From positions 431,981,644-432,045,643 of the forward strand of contig NC_133619.1 of assembly GCF_048593235.1 (NCBI RefSeq): a stretch of 64,000 nucleotides of DNA. Reading direction: 5' to 3'. Positions 24,405-36,890 of the stretch are shown one piece after another. Within the stretch, counting starts at the first letter, position 1. Each line of letters begins with the position of its first letter. The notes below the pieces were generated by a model. That model saw only the letters and a list, made by a program, of their open reading frames with translations, was not told the origin of the DNA and did no database searches. The position numbers were made by a program, and so were the translations under genes. This DNA comes from Sminthopsis crassicaudata. Taxonomy: Eukaryota.

Positions 24405-25500
24405 TTCAATGCTAAGAACTGAGGTTACAAAAAGAGACATGTCTGTGCCCTCAAATAGCTTATAATCTAATGGGGAAGGCTACATGGAAATAAATACATG
24501 CAAAACAAATTATATGTAATATAAATAATTAACAGATAGATGGCATCAAAATTAGTGATTAGGAAGGTTTCCTGTAGAAGGTGGGATTTTAGCTGTGACT
24601 TAAAGGAAGCCAGGGAGGTTAATAGTCAGAGCAGAGAAGGGAGAACCACACAGGCAAAATGTCTGGAGGTAAAGGATGGATTATCTTATCTGGGTAATGT
24701 CTAGGAAGCCAGTGTCATTACATCAAAGAGGACATGTTAGAGAGTGAGTGTAAAAACTTGTTAAGGTAGGAGAGGGCCAGGTCATGAAAGATTTTTGGAT
24801 GAACTTTCTAGTTGATTTTGAGAAAGATAAGTAAACACTAGAGTTTGTTGAGAAAGGAAAAGACATGGTCAGATTTGCTGTAGGAAAATTTCTTTAGTGA
24901 CTGAATGGAGGATGGTGAGAATTAAAGAGGAATAGGGGATGAGTCTTAGACGGTAGGGAGGGATGGTGGTAGTAGTCTCTACAGTAATAGGGAAGGTAGG
25001 AGGGGGAGAAGACTTAGGGGAAGGAGAATGAATTCTGTTTTCAACATAATGAGTTTAACATATCTATTGGGCATCTGGTCAGAGATATCTTAAAGGCAGT
25101 TGGAGATGTGAGATTGCAGGTCAGCTGAGAGTTTGGGACAAGATAGGTATATTTGATTGTCATTAGCACAGAAATGGTGATTAAATCCTTAGGCGATGAT
25201 GAGCTCACCAAGGAAGGTTGTTTAGAGAGAGAAGTTAAGAGAACCCAGGACAGAAACCTGAGGGGCTTAGAATACATGATCTGGAGGAGGGTCCAGCAAA
25301 GGGGACTGAGAAAGATTAGTCATATAGGAGAAAAACAAAGAGAGTATGATTTCTAGAAAGCCCAGAGAGAGGAGAGAGTGATCATATCAAAGGCTGCAGA
25401 AAGATCAAGGAAAATGAGGACTGAGAAAAGAGCCATTGGATTTGGCACCCTTTGCAGAGAGTGATTTCTATGGAATGATAAGGTCAGAACATGGATTGTA
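24405..25500 (-). mobile_element. L2 LINE fragment (tail-to-tail with 23590-24260, TA tract between)
   Basis: gtgccctcaaatagcttataatctaatgggga, gacatggtcagatttgctgtaggaaaat, atcatatcaaaggctgcagaaagatcaagg. Confidence 0.85.
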
Positions 25501-25603
25501 AAAGGTTAAGACAACAATGAAAAGCAAGAAATACAACATATATGTGTGGGTATATACATATTTATGTATCTGTATGTATTGTGTATATACATATTTTGTA
25601 TGG

Positions 25604-25748
25604 TTTTTTTTTCCCTGAGGCAATTGGGGTTAAGTGACTTGCCCAGGGTCACATAGCTAGGAAGTATTAATTATATGAGACCAGATTTGAACTCAAGGCC
25701 TCCTGACTTCAGGGCTGGTGCTCATCCATCATACCATCTAGTTGCCCC
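25604..25748 (-). mobile_element. WSINE1-type SINE
   Basis: T-tail, gaggcaattggggttaagtgacttgcccagggtcacatagctagg...atttgaactc...ccatctagttgcccc. Confidence 0.92.
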
Positions 25749-25749
25749 T

Positions 25750-25865
25750 ATAAGCATCTTGAGAATAGGGATTGTTTTGTTATATACATTGTCTCTCTAA
25801 TTCCAGTGACAAGCACAATGTCAGGCACATGGAAGGTGCTTAATAAATGCTTCATGATAATTCAT
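25750..25865 (+). mobile_element. L2 3' end
   Basis: catcttgagaataggga...gcacaatgtcaggcacatggaaggtgcttaataaatgctt. Confidence 0.75.
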
Positions 25866-27044
25866 TTATTGCTTGCAATCTTTCTAAAAGGATTAACAAC
25901 AGTGAGCTTTTGGTATAGATCTATCTTAAATTTGAGCTTAATTCAGTGTCAGATGTTTTCTGTATCTTTACTATTAGATATGTGCTGATAGACTCATTAG
26001 AAATGTGTGTATATGTGTTAAATTGGGCTCCTTGTTAAATTTCAAAAAGCGCCATCAATAATGGGGAGAGAAATTATATTTTTGAATTATGCTTAGGTTC
26101 TCATCTGCCAAACCATGAAGCCTTGATGGAAAATCCACAGTGTATCCTATAGACACACACATATTCACAGTTTTTAATAATACTGAAATAATCTTCATAG
26201 CTGAGTTATGAAACTATGTTTTATTTGAATGGATGTTTATTATTTTGTAATTATCCTATTTATATTTTAATATAAGAATTTTTAAATGTCCTTATCTCCT
26301 TTAATACCATTTCTAAGGCTGAATTGGCTATACTCTTCAATGTAAAACATGTTTATTAAAAAACCTGGAAGGCAGATTTGAACAGTTAATTCTGAATTCC
26401 GCAGTTCTACATTCCCTAAGTAAAAAGTGCCATTAGAATTCAATGTGACTTATCTTAAATGCCCCATTGCCTCCTTTGTCCAGCTTTCTGTCATCTCAGA
26501 GTGGTATAGCATTATTGGAAAGCCAAGGCCACAGCTTTATTTTTACAACACAAAGTCATGTAAATGAGCAAGCATTAATCACAAACATTTCCCAAATGGG
26601 CCTTTACAAATTAGCACAGATAACTTTGCCAGTGGGCGGGCATCTAGGTTTAGGAATAATATCTTTCTTCTCCTGAGTTCCAGCCACTTTTATATACATT
26701 TTATATCTATCTCCTAACACCTCTTCTCCCCTCTCTCCACCTTTTTTCGTAACTCTCCTTCTGTACCCACAGTAGTTGGGAGTCATGAGCCCTTGGGATG
26801 AGTAAGAACATTCTGAAATATGTTACTCAGTTCTCTTCCTGTCCAACATAATTGCAAATACAGATTATTCTAGAAATGTTAATCTTAAATTAAAATCCCT
26901 ACCTGTCTGTTTGAAAATCCCATATCCAAACACCAAACTTCCCAGAGAAAAATCTCCTCAAGAATTGTGCTGTGCTGTGCTGGATAAGCATCTGTTACTG
27001 TGCTCACCATTTGCACAACTGGATTATACCTAAAATGCAAAAAT

Positions 27045-27145
27045 ATATTTTTTTCTTTCTTTTCTCCTTCTTCTCCTGTTTCTTTTCTTTCTCTTTCTTC
27101 TCCTGCTCCTCCTCCTCTTCCTTCTTTTTCCTTTCTTCCTCTTAT
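27045..27145 (+). repeat. CT-rich low-complexity tract
   Basis: Direct read (ttctttcttttctccttcttctcctg...). Confidence 0.85.
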
Positions 27146-27356
27146 GTTTTTCCAGATCAAAAAATGATAGTAGTCCAAACTGCCTCTTTTAATTGCTCAT
27201 GCTATACTAATGCCTTGGAAGAACACGATAGGGACAATGAGGTATGAAGGGGAAAATAATAATGAAAAAGGAAGTATTAATCTCATTCAATACAAGTTTA
27301 TTTGGATGTTTATTGAACTCATCTTACTTTCATATAATCAGTATATCTTGACTTCT

Positions 27357-27540
27357 TTTTTTTTATTTTTATTTTATTTTATAATTATAACATTTTTTGA
27401 CAGTACATATGCATGGGTAATTTTTTACAACATTATCCCTTGCACTTACTTCTATTCAGATTTTTTCCCTTCCTCCCCCAACCCCCTCCCCCAGATGGCA
27501 AGCAGTCTTATATATGTTAAATATATTACAGTATATTCTA
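27357..27540 (-). mobile_element. Heavily 5'-truncated L1 (184 bp) with perfect 15-bp TSD
   Basis: T-rich tail then L1 3' UTR text (acatatgcatgggtaattttttacaacattatcc...ccctccccagatggc); TSD tatatcttgacttct at 27342-27356 and 27541-27555. Confidence 0.93.
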
Positions 27541-27652
27541 TATATCTTGACTTCTAATGAAATAGAAAAATACAAATGAACATTTCTTTAGATTGTGTAT
27601 TTTAAACTTGAAAAGCATTTGAATGTTAAGTATCATCAAAAGCTAATGGTAC

Positions 27653-27805
27653 AGGATGGCTAGATGGCACAGTGGATAGAGCACTGTCCCTGGAATCAAG
27701 AAGACCTGAGTTCAGATCCAGTCTCAGACACTCAATAATTCCTAGTTGTTTGACCCTGGGCAAGTTATTTAACCCCAATTGCCTCACCCTCCCAAAAAAA
27801 AAATC
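27653..27805 (+). mobile_element. WSINE1-type SINE with TSD
   Basis: Full head, CORE and A tail; TSD core ctaatggtac at 27643-27652 and 27806-27815. Confidence 0.92.
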
Positions 27806-29056
27806 CTAATGGTACCATTGCTTCAAAAGCAAATAAAAATCTGTGCACCTTAAGTAAGAAACAGATCTTTATATCCTGGCTCCAAATTCTGGGATCATTT
27901 ATCCAAACTTGGTATGTTAGTATTGATAAATCCATTGAGTGGTATAGGCTCAGTTTTCTAATTAAAAGTGAATCAACTCTTAAATATTTGACCTGATTTT
28001 TTTTTTCAGCAGTTTTCCAAATTTAGAAGCAATTCAAGATCCTGTTTAAGCTAGTTTGTTTCACCTTCCCTCTGCTTCTGATTGTGTTTACATAGGGTTT
28101 TGTTGCTGTTGTTTATTTTGTTTTAAGTAGAACCTTAGCCAATTTCTCAGTGTTCTGTGGGCTGGATTTTGAATCTTTCTTGTACATTAAAAAGTTTTAT
28201 AACAAATACATTCTACTACATCATTGATTTATTTCAGTCCAATCAGGGGTGAAGCAGGTGACCACATTTATGAATTGGTATTTTCATTCTTTATTAAGCC
28301 TTTATTCCCAGATCACAAAGGTCCACAACCAATCACTGATCAGGCCTCATCCCCCACAGATCCCAATTAAAAGTATTGGTATGGAAGCCCTGTTTCCATG
28401 CCCTGTCTATTTAACTTGCCATCTTAGTAGCTTTCACTCGCCCCTCCCTCCAGTAGATTTCTTTTTATGTCTGTATCCTTTCAAGATCCACATGAGGGCA
28501 CTTCTTGATTTTCTTCAATCAATGATATAATAATAAAATAATAGGAAGTCTGATCTGTCTTACATAAACAGCCCTAGTTTACCATCTGCTGCTTCAAATG
28601 GATGTGGTGCCAGCTCTGCTAGAGACCTCTGGCCCTCATCTATTATCCAGCAGAGATCTCAACAGCAGTGAGATTAGGGAAGAAAGTCACAACTTTGGGT
28701 CCCACACCAATTCCCCTTCCATGTGTTGTTGGCTGATTTCTTCCTCTTCCTTTTGGCCACTAGGTCGGACTCCACCTCCTTCACCAGCTGTCATGGGGAG
28801 GCCAGTCCCCATAGCAGCTGGGATACCTTCAGTGAAAAGCCAGCAGGTCCCTGAAACAGCGACACTTAGAGAGCCAGTCAGCTTCAAGGGCACCTGTATG
28901 GCTTCCTTGAAGGTCCAGCCTTTTTAATTGTCATTATGTAACATTTTTCTAGCAGAATCTTCATTCTCTTATTAGCTGTCTTGACTTGCTGCATTTTAAT
29001 ATTTACAAAGAAGTAGTCTTTTTAACGTAATCACTAGTTTTCTTTTGATTTTAGTC

Positions 29057-29222
29057 TTTTTTAATACTTGATAACTATATTTCAGTATAATTGGTTTCCT
29101 TTGTACTCCTGTGTATTCTATTTTATGCATTTAAAAATGTTATTTTGTAAAGGCTTCACCAAGTTGCCAGAGAGATCCATGAAACAAACAAACAAACAAA
29201 CAAAAAAGATTAAGAACTCCTA
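29057..29222 (+). mobile_element. hAT-Charlie (MER5-group) 3' portion
   Basis: ttgataactatatttcagtataattggtttcctttgta...tttatgcatttaaaaa...ggcttcaccaagttgcc...gattaagaactcct. Confidence 0.8.
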
Positions 29223-29232
29223 TTAAACAGCT

Positions 29233-29239
<7 letters not shown>

Positions 29240-29279
<40 letters not shown>
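29240..29279. repeat. (AT)n microsatellite, about 20 units
   Basis: Direct read. Confidence 0.95.
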
Positions 29280-29282
<3 letters not shown>

Positions 29283-31489
29283 TTTTCCTTAGACATTTAT
29301 TTTCTGACCAAATATCAATGCAGTTTAATACAAATAAGCATTCTGGAAGAAAAAAACAAAATCTCTTTTTTTTAATATGATTTATGAAATTTTACTTTTT
29401 GTATTCACTAGCCAGATAAATGTTTCCTAGATTAATTTTTCTATTCCTGAGTTCTTGCAATTCTGCTGACAATTAAAATGCTAGCCTAGCATTTCTAAAA
29501 GTATAAAATTATTAAATTATTTTAATAATTTAATTTATTTCATGATTGTTAATTAATTTTTAAAAGATGGGTATTGTTTCTAAGTATTAACTTATTGCTT
29601 ATCATTCACATGTACTGTGAATGTCTTTTGTGGGGACTAAAAAGGCTTCACCAAATATTTAAACAACCTAATAAGCATTGAAAGCAACAGACCTTTTTAC
29701 CTAGCATAGGCCTAACATCGCCAAGCTTGGATAATCTTCTATGACTATCCCCTTATTCAAAGCACACTGACTACAGAAAAAAAAAAAAAATAATAGAATC
29801 AGGGATGTCACAATTTGGCATGCAGTGGTCTCCAGGAAGAAAGTTCAGAGTGGTCTAGGATTTTGTGAATCTGTGCTTCCTGCCAACTCTAACTCCACAA
29901 TGAGCTCAGGAGTCACGATTGCTCTCAGGTCAGAGCTACATATAGATGGTTCTAAGAAGGACTTCTGCTTCCCCCATACTTCCTGAAGTATTAGCAAGCT
30001 TTAAATGCTCCAAATAGAACAATTTCCAGATATGGGTGAGCAGTCCCAGAAAATGAACAGGGCAAAAGAGAAAATATGAGGAGACAATGTGACCAAGGAA
30101 TAGTCTGTTGGACAAGGAAAAATTAAATCAGAAGACACACATACTCTCTGTGTCTGTCTCTCTCTGTATCTCTCTGACTCTATGTCTCTCCTCATTTCAG
30201 TATGATTTCTCTGTAGTTGGTGCTGCCTTTTTTATAATATCTCAAGACACTTTTTAAAAAATTGGAGCTAATGAAAATGTCTAAAGATACAACTTTTACT
30301 TAGCTAGCATTTGAGCACCAACTAAGAATGACCTCTTGTCCAAAAACAAAACAGATATTAGAAATTGGGTATGGGAAAATATGAGCTTAATATGGGGTGA
30401 CTTGTTCACTGCCATAGGGACCAGAGAAGACTACCTTTAAATTGAATTCACTAATGACTGATTAATTAAAAAGATATCACAGTGATAATAATCTTGTTGA
30501 TGTATTGGAAACCAGAAAGCTCCTTTTTTTAAAAGTTTAAAGCTGATTTTAAGTATGCAGAAATTATTAGATAACAGTAATTTTAAAAGTTTGAAAGCTT
30601 AGCAAATTCTTAAAAAAAAAAAAAAAAAAGTCCTCAAAAACGGAGAGGATCAATAGTATCAAATGAAAATCTAGAAAATGCTAGCCTGCTTTTGTCAAAC
30701 ATTTTACATTTTTTCCCATAAATAAGACTATTTATATTGATTCTCAGGTTTGGAGGGTACTGAAGCAGATAGGAAGTAATTAAAAGCATAAATCTCAAGA
30801 GCTTGTGAAGGTAATTCTGTGCTTTGTAGACAGAGCTGACAAAATGATGAACATTTTTAGCTTCAACATGACAGAAATATTGCATGATTATAGGGTGTCA
30901 GGGTATAGCTTACTAAGAGTTCTGTTCAATAACAACCATTTAACAAATCTTTTAACTAAGTTCACTTGGCTTTCTGAAGATTGTTAATAGTTACTTACTA
31001 ATGACCCCATTTCCAATACATGCTATCTTACTGAGATTTCAGTATCATTTTCAACAAAATACTATTTTAAATGAATTTTTTAAAAAGTATGACAAAATGG
31101 AATCTGCTGGATTAGAAGGAAAAAAAAAAAGATTAGAATCACTTAATTTATACCTTTCTTATGACAGAAAGGTGAATATTATAACAAAGTTTACTCACCA
31201 GATCTTAAAGTTAATTTTTGAAGGAAATTTTTCCTTTTAAATGTTCACTTTAGAATCTAATATATACCACTCACTCTAAGCCAACCCCTTTTTTTTCTTC
31301 TAAAATGACCCAGTTTCTCAGAATAAACATTAAATAATGGACTTTAATAAAATTCAGTTATGAAGATCTATCCAAAAATGTCCTCTCGTGTCATTGTGAA
31401 GAATGGTAAGATAGCTATTACATAGGGATATACTATATCATGTCTCTTCAGCAAAATATCATTTAAGTGTGCCTTGAAAAACAGCTCCT

Positions 31490-31715
31490 CAATGAACATT
31501 GAAGGAAAGCATGCTAGAAAGATCTCTGATCCTACTGGCAGAAGATCTGGGTTCAAATGCTGCTACTGATGCATACTACATATTTGACCTTGATTGTGAT
31601 TTTGGATGAGTAGCTTAACTCAGGTGGGTTTCAGGATCTCCAAAATAAGGATAACAAACCTGGATGTGGAATTTAATTTAAGCCCTTTTCAGCTCTCGAT
31701 CTCTGGTCTATAATG
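31490..31715 (+). mobile_element. MIR-family SINE
   Basis: ggaaagcatgctaga...gatctgggttcaaatgctgctact...tgaccttga. Confidence 0.55.
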
Positions 31716-32160
31716 TGTAGACCATTTTGCTGGGATAGATTCCATCCTTAGAATGCTTTTATAATTATACACTATTGAAATCTTTTAAAAAAGATTGTCT
31801 TTTCTTTTTTCACCTGCAAAAGTCCATTTCATGGTGATAGCAAATATTAATTCATGGAGTTGTTTTAAAAAACTACAGAGAATTATTCTATTCTTAGTTA
31901 TTATTTTCCTTTTCTAAAATTATCTTAGAAGACATGGTCTTTGTGTATATTTCTTTTTTGCCTCGCAAATGAAGCTTTCATTATAATTGTCTAGAGCACA
32001 TCTCTTAAAAATAGGATAATATTCGGGCAGGGAAGAGAGGTAGATTGAGACTGCTGAGAATTCAGTGAGCACTAAATGAAGAATCAGGTAGAGTTTCTAA
32101 ACTGAAAATATTTTAAATTTATAGGTTAAAGTTAAAGTTCATCTTTCACTTTAGATATGT

Positions 32161-32412
32161 TTGTTGTTGCAGAAACATTTCAGTTGTATGCAACTCTTCA
32201 TGACCTTATTTGAGGTTTTCTTGGCAAAGATCCTAGAGTGGTTTGCCATTTCCTTCTCCAGTTCATTTTACACATAAGAAAACTGAGGTAAACAGGGTAA
32301 AGTGACTTGCCCAGGGTCAAATATCTAGTGAGTATCTGGATTTGAACACACTGAAGTTGAGTGTTTATCATTCCTTGCCCAGCACTCTTACCATTGCACC
32401 AGCTGGCTGCCC
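32161..32412 (-). mobile_element. Mar1-type CORE-SINE
   Basis: gaggttttcttggcaaagatcctagagtggtttgccatttccttctccag...aagtgacttgcccagggtca...ccattgcaccagctggctgccc. Confidence 0.9.
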
Positions 32413-34835
32413 ATATGTTTAATTTCCTATAAATTATTTTTTGTTCCATGAGTTGATATTGACCTTATATATAAAAATTTAAATCTGAAACAAGGAAGAG
32501 AATTGTTTGTATAAGACAATGAAAAGCTATAGGGAATAAGAATAGGTAACTTTTCCATTGCCTTGTTGTAAAGCAGGTAGTGGTAATTTAATAAACTTCA
32601 AAAATCCTACAGATTGGATCTGAGAGGTATGAAGTGTTAAATCAGGGTTGTTTTTATATTATTTCTCTAATCAATAGTGATTTTAGAGCATGTTTTCATA
32701 TGACTATCATTAGATTTGATTTTTGCTTCTGCGATATACCTGTTCATATCCTTTGACTATCAATTAGGGAATGGTTTGTATTCTTATAAATTTCATTCAG
32801 TTTTCTATATATTTGAGAAATAAGGTCTACTATCAGAAACACTATAAATTTTTGCATTGGTTTTCTTACAATTCAATTTCTGTTAAATTATGTTTTCATT
32901 CAAATTGAGAGTATCCTAAGATTTTAGTTCTTGATTTTGCATTCATGATAAATAATTTTAAAAAAATTAATGTTTGCTTTAAATAAGGAGGGATATAGTG
33001 GAAAGCACTCTGGATTTAGGGGTTAGCACATATCCTGGCTATTTTAGTAATCTTATCTATGACTCTGGCATGCAACAAACCCAGCAAGCATAGCAGCCTC
33101 CTTTTTTTCACTAAAAATTTCAGTGTTTTTTTTTTTTTCAAGATTTAATTTATCATTTAAAATGAGACCTACAGGTGAGTGTACAGCAAAATCTGCCGTA
33201 TAGAGACTAAAATTATAAATTTGAAGAAGTAAATAAAAATAATCAATTCAACCAGCTTTTATTAAATATCTACTCTGTGGAAGAAAAACTACATCGGAGC
33301 TTACTTTTTAGACATTTAAATATTTGATAGTTACATTTCATATATTTGCATCTTACATATATGGAATTTTTTCTAATTTAAATAGTACTAATTCAGGTTT
33401 ATGATAATACAGACAGGTAAAATTTAACTTCTCTTGGCAAACTTTTTGTCATAGGTAATGTAGATTAATAGCAAAAACAAGATTTCTGGGGAACAAACTT
33501 TTTCAAGTACCCTTAAGCACTTTAGAGGCATCCATTTACATGTAAGCAATTGATATGCTAATTAAAATAATTAGCTATTCATTAAAACTGGGCCCCTAAG
33601 GACCTCTATTAGGCAACTTTCTAAAGGGTGAACTCAGCTTAATTTGTTACTGAAAAAATAACAAAACTTTCAAATGTTTCATTTTTTAGACTTTTCACAA
33701 ATCACAACTGTCATTCACTTAATTCAAATACATAAGATTTTTACTATAATTATACAGTGACAGAATTAATTTAACTTGGTCCCCCAATGTTAAATATCTT
33801 TTTGATTTTATTTGCTTTTGCATTTGGCTTAAAGTCTTTCAAGCTAATTGTTTTCAACTTACATGATAGACTGGTTTATGATAACAAAAAAACAAACAGA
33901 CCAAAAAATAGATACAACAAACCTGTTTTATAGGCTTTGGTCTTCCTTTTCAAGTATCTCCATCAATCAAATTAACTACAGAACTCTTGCCCTCTGATTT
34001 CAGTGAACAACTGAGAGAAATAAAGCATTTTAGAACTTTTCTCAAGGAGAATATTAATATTTGGTTTTCCTTCGATTTGGACATTGTGTATCTCTAGGCT
34101 GAGTACCCAGATCACAGACTACCCAGCAGGAACTTCCATTTGGGGTCCTGTATCCCTTGCCATTCTTATTGGTGACAGGTTCTTCTGGCCTTTATTTCAG
34201 GAAAACCCCACAAGTGCTTCTTCTCACTCACCTGACTCTCTACTCCCACCACTTTCTCCACAGCCTCCTACAAAGAATACCTTGCACTAGTTGGCCCCTA
34301 CTGTGCCATTATTCCTAGATGGAAAGTGTCAGCACCACTCTTAGACAACCTAACTTGGCATTCTGCTAATGAGGGCAGCTCTCTGGTCCCTATTCTTCTA
34401 AGTGTGTAGTCTTCCCCATTTGCAGTTAAACTCTCTGAGTACAGTTGTGTCTGAAAAAAGCTGTGCTTTTTCTGGCTTTTAAATCCAAATTTGTTAGATA
34501 ATTCTTGGTCCTGATATTTAGAATTGGTCACTTCCAAATTATAGGTACTGGTTATGTTTCCCATTTAGATTGTATGTATTGTCACAACAGGACAGGAAAG
34601 GAACCATCTGTATTACTTTTTGTTTCATGCCAATATCTTGGAAAAAAAATTAGCCTGAAAAGAACTGTTTTTTCATCTTCAATTTTGATTCTCTTAAATG
34701 AACTTCATAAAAGTTACTGCTGCAAAGTATAGTTGTTCTAAGTGATCAATTTTGTCATGCTCTTTTAGTGTTCACAATCAGAGGGACATACAATTCTTCC
34801 TGAGTATTCCAGTGGTCCTTTTATGATCCTAAATT

Positions 34836-34838
<3 letters not shown>

Positions 34839-34886
<48 letters not shown>
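34839..34886. repeat. (AT)24 microsatellite
   Basis: Direct read. Confidence 0.97.
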
Positions 34887-34888
<2 letters not shown>

Positions 34889-36739
34889 TATCTCCTTTTG
34901 CTCCTCCACACATAGTTTGTGTTATGGTCACTGTACTTGGGATTGTATCTTGGAGATACTGTTTACATGGGCTTCTAGATGGAATCCACAGTGGAGACTC
35001 AGGAATGTTTTGGTGTTAGAGGACCAGTAAAAATTCCAGTTCACATTAATCTCACATCTTTTGCCTGGCCTAGGCCAAAATACAGGCTGGAAGCAAAACT
35101 TCCAGCTGGGCCTGGTAATCCATTTAAGCAACAATCTTTCTCAGGCTCAAAGCCAAGATGATGGTACCTAAAACCATATGCATCTTTTCAATGGTTTTTC
35201 ACAGTTTGGTGTCTGCTAGTTTGAAAATACAGGTAGTTGGTATTTTTTCTCTTTAAAAAAATTCATGTGATGCTTTTACTTTTAAATTTACATGCTAAAT
35301 TTATTTTTGTATAGTAAAACATGTCTGTATCTAAAAATGTTATAGGGCCTCTTAAATTAGAAAAATGTGAGAAGGTTCATTTCAAATTAATAATGAGAAA
35401 TAATAAAGTATTCAATAATAAAGTATACATAAAATATTCTGTAAGCCACCCCATGACAGATCTGCTAAACATTGTCCTTTCAAGTTATTTTGTCACATTT
35501 GTCTACTGACAGTTAACATTTGTAGTGTTAAATAAGCTTCAACTCTCAAAATGTCAGGAGAGCTAAAACTGAACCTAATTTTAGATTTATTTAGAGCTTT
35601 GTATGTAAATTTCTTTAATGCTAAAATGGAAAACAGAAGCAAATGTAATACCTTCTAGACGGATTAAAAATTAATGTGTAGAAGCCTAGTAGGCTAATTT
35701 AAAAGACTGTCAGAAGACTTGAATTAGTTAGCTGTATAGTCACTGCTTCAATTCAGAGGTCTGAATTATATTACATTACTTATCATTGAATACTGAATTG
35801 TAAAATTGCCTTTTTTAAAACACACAATGGCACTCCATTTTCCTCCTGAAATGTAACTGCACTCCCCAAAATGTTAAGAAATTGGAAGGTAGCTGGGGAC
35901 TCACTGAGAATCCTGAGTCACTCTTCTTTCTACTTCAAAGAAGCTGAAATTATTAAGTAAAATGTGTAAGAGGTAATATGCATGTGAAATTAATTTGGAG
36001 AAAGGAAAATCATTTCCATTTTTAATAATTATGAAAACAAGAAGCAAATGAAAGGAGAATATTAAGCAACCATGAATAAAGTCTTAATTTTTATACTACT
36101 AATATTAATAATATTTAATTCTGCAAAAAAAAATTTCTAACTAGAACTGTGATTCCATCTGTACAGAGAGCTTCTGGTGAGGAACCTTTACAACCAATGT
36201 AGATTAGCAACTTGTCGTTATGGACCTTATGATCTTAGAAAGGTAAAGAATTTCACCAGTGAAATCACAGGTGTGCACAAAAACCTTGCAGATACTACAG
36301 ACAAAGGTAATATGGCTATAGAATTAGTAAATTTTAAGTAACTCTTATAATTTGCTAATTATTTAACACTGTAGTATTGAATTGATCGACAGAGCACTAA
36401 ACACGATTGCCCTTCTGTGGAGTGGGGGAATCTTTCTGGAAAGATGAGGATCTAGCTTCCTTAGAAATATTTTATTAAATATATTTATTAAAATATTTAA
36501 TATTATTACAAATAATAGTATTATTGTTATATTCACTGATTCCTGACCCCCCCTCTTTATGCAACAATATGATTTTAGATTGAGGTTCCCCCCCCATTTA
36601 ATTCATTTTTAGAAAATCTGGTTCTGTAGGATGCATGCAATAATTGCATATATTTGTATTAGTGTACTGAGAACTCTTGGCTATAAGTCAAAAACTAAAT
36701 GTATTTATGTCTGGAAAATGATGATCCATAACTGAAGTA

Positions 36740-36890
36740 ATGCTTCTGAAATATTGTAGTCTTCACTTCTGAGTAGAGTGTAAGTTCCTTGAAGACAGGA
36801 TCTAGTTTGTTTGGAGGTTTTGTCTTTATATTTCTGTGCATGACACAGTTCCTTGCATAGACAAATGTTTGCTGAGTTGAATTGATTCAA
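36740..36890 (+). mobile_element. L2 3' end
   Basis: tagagtgtaagttccttgaagacagg...acacagttccttgcatag...aaatgtttgctgagttgaattgatt. Confidence 0.7.

Noticed and set aside
23590-25500. Tail-to-tail L2 pair as a long dsRNA
   Set aside because: The homologous parts are far apart and heavily diverged; no long perfect stem is visible.
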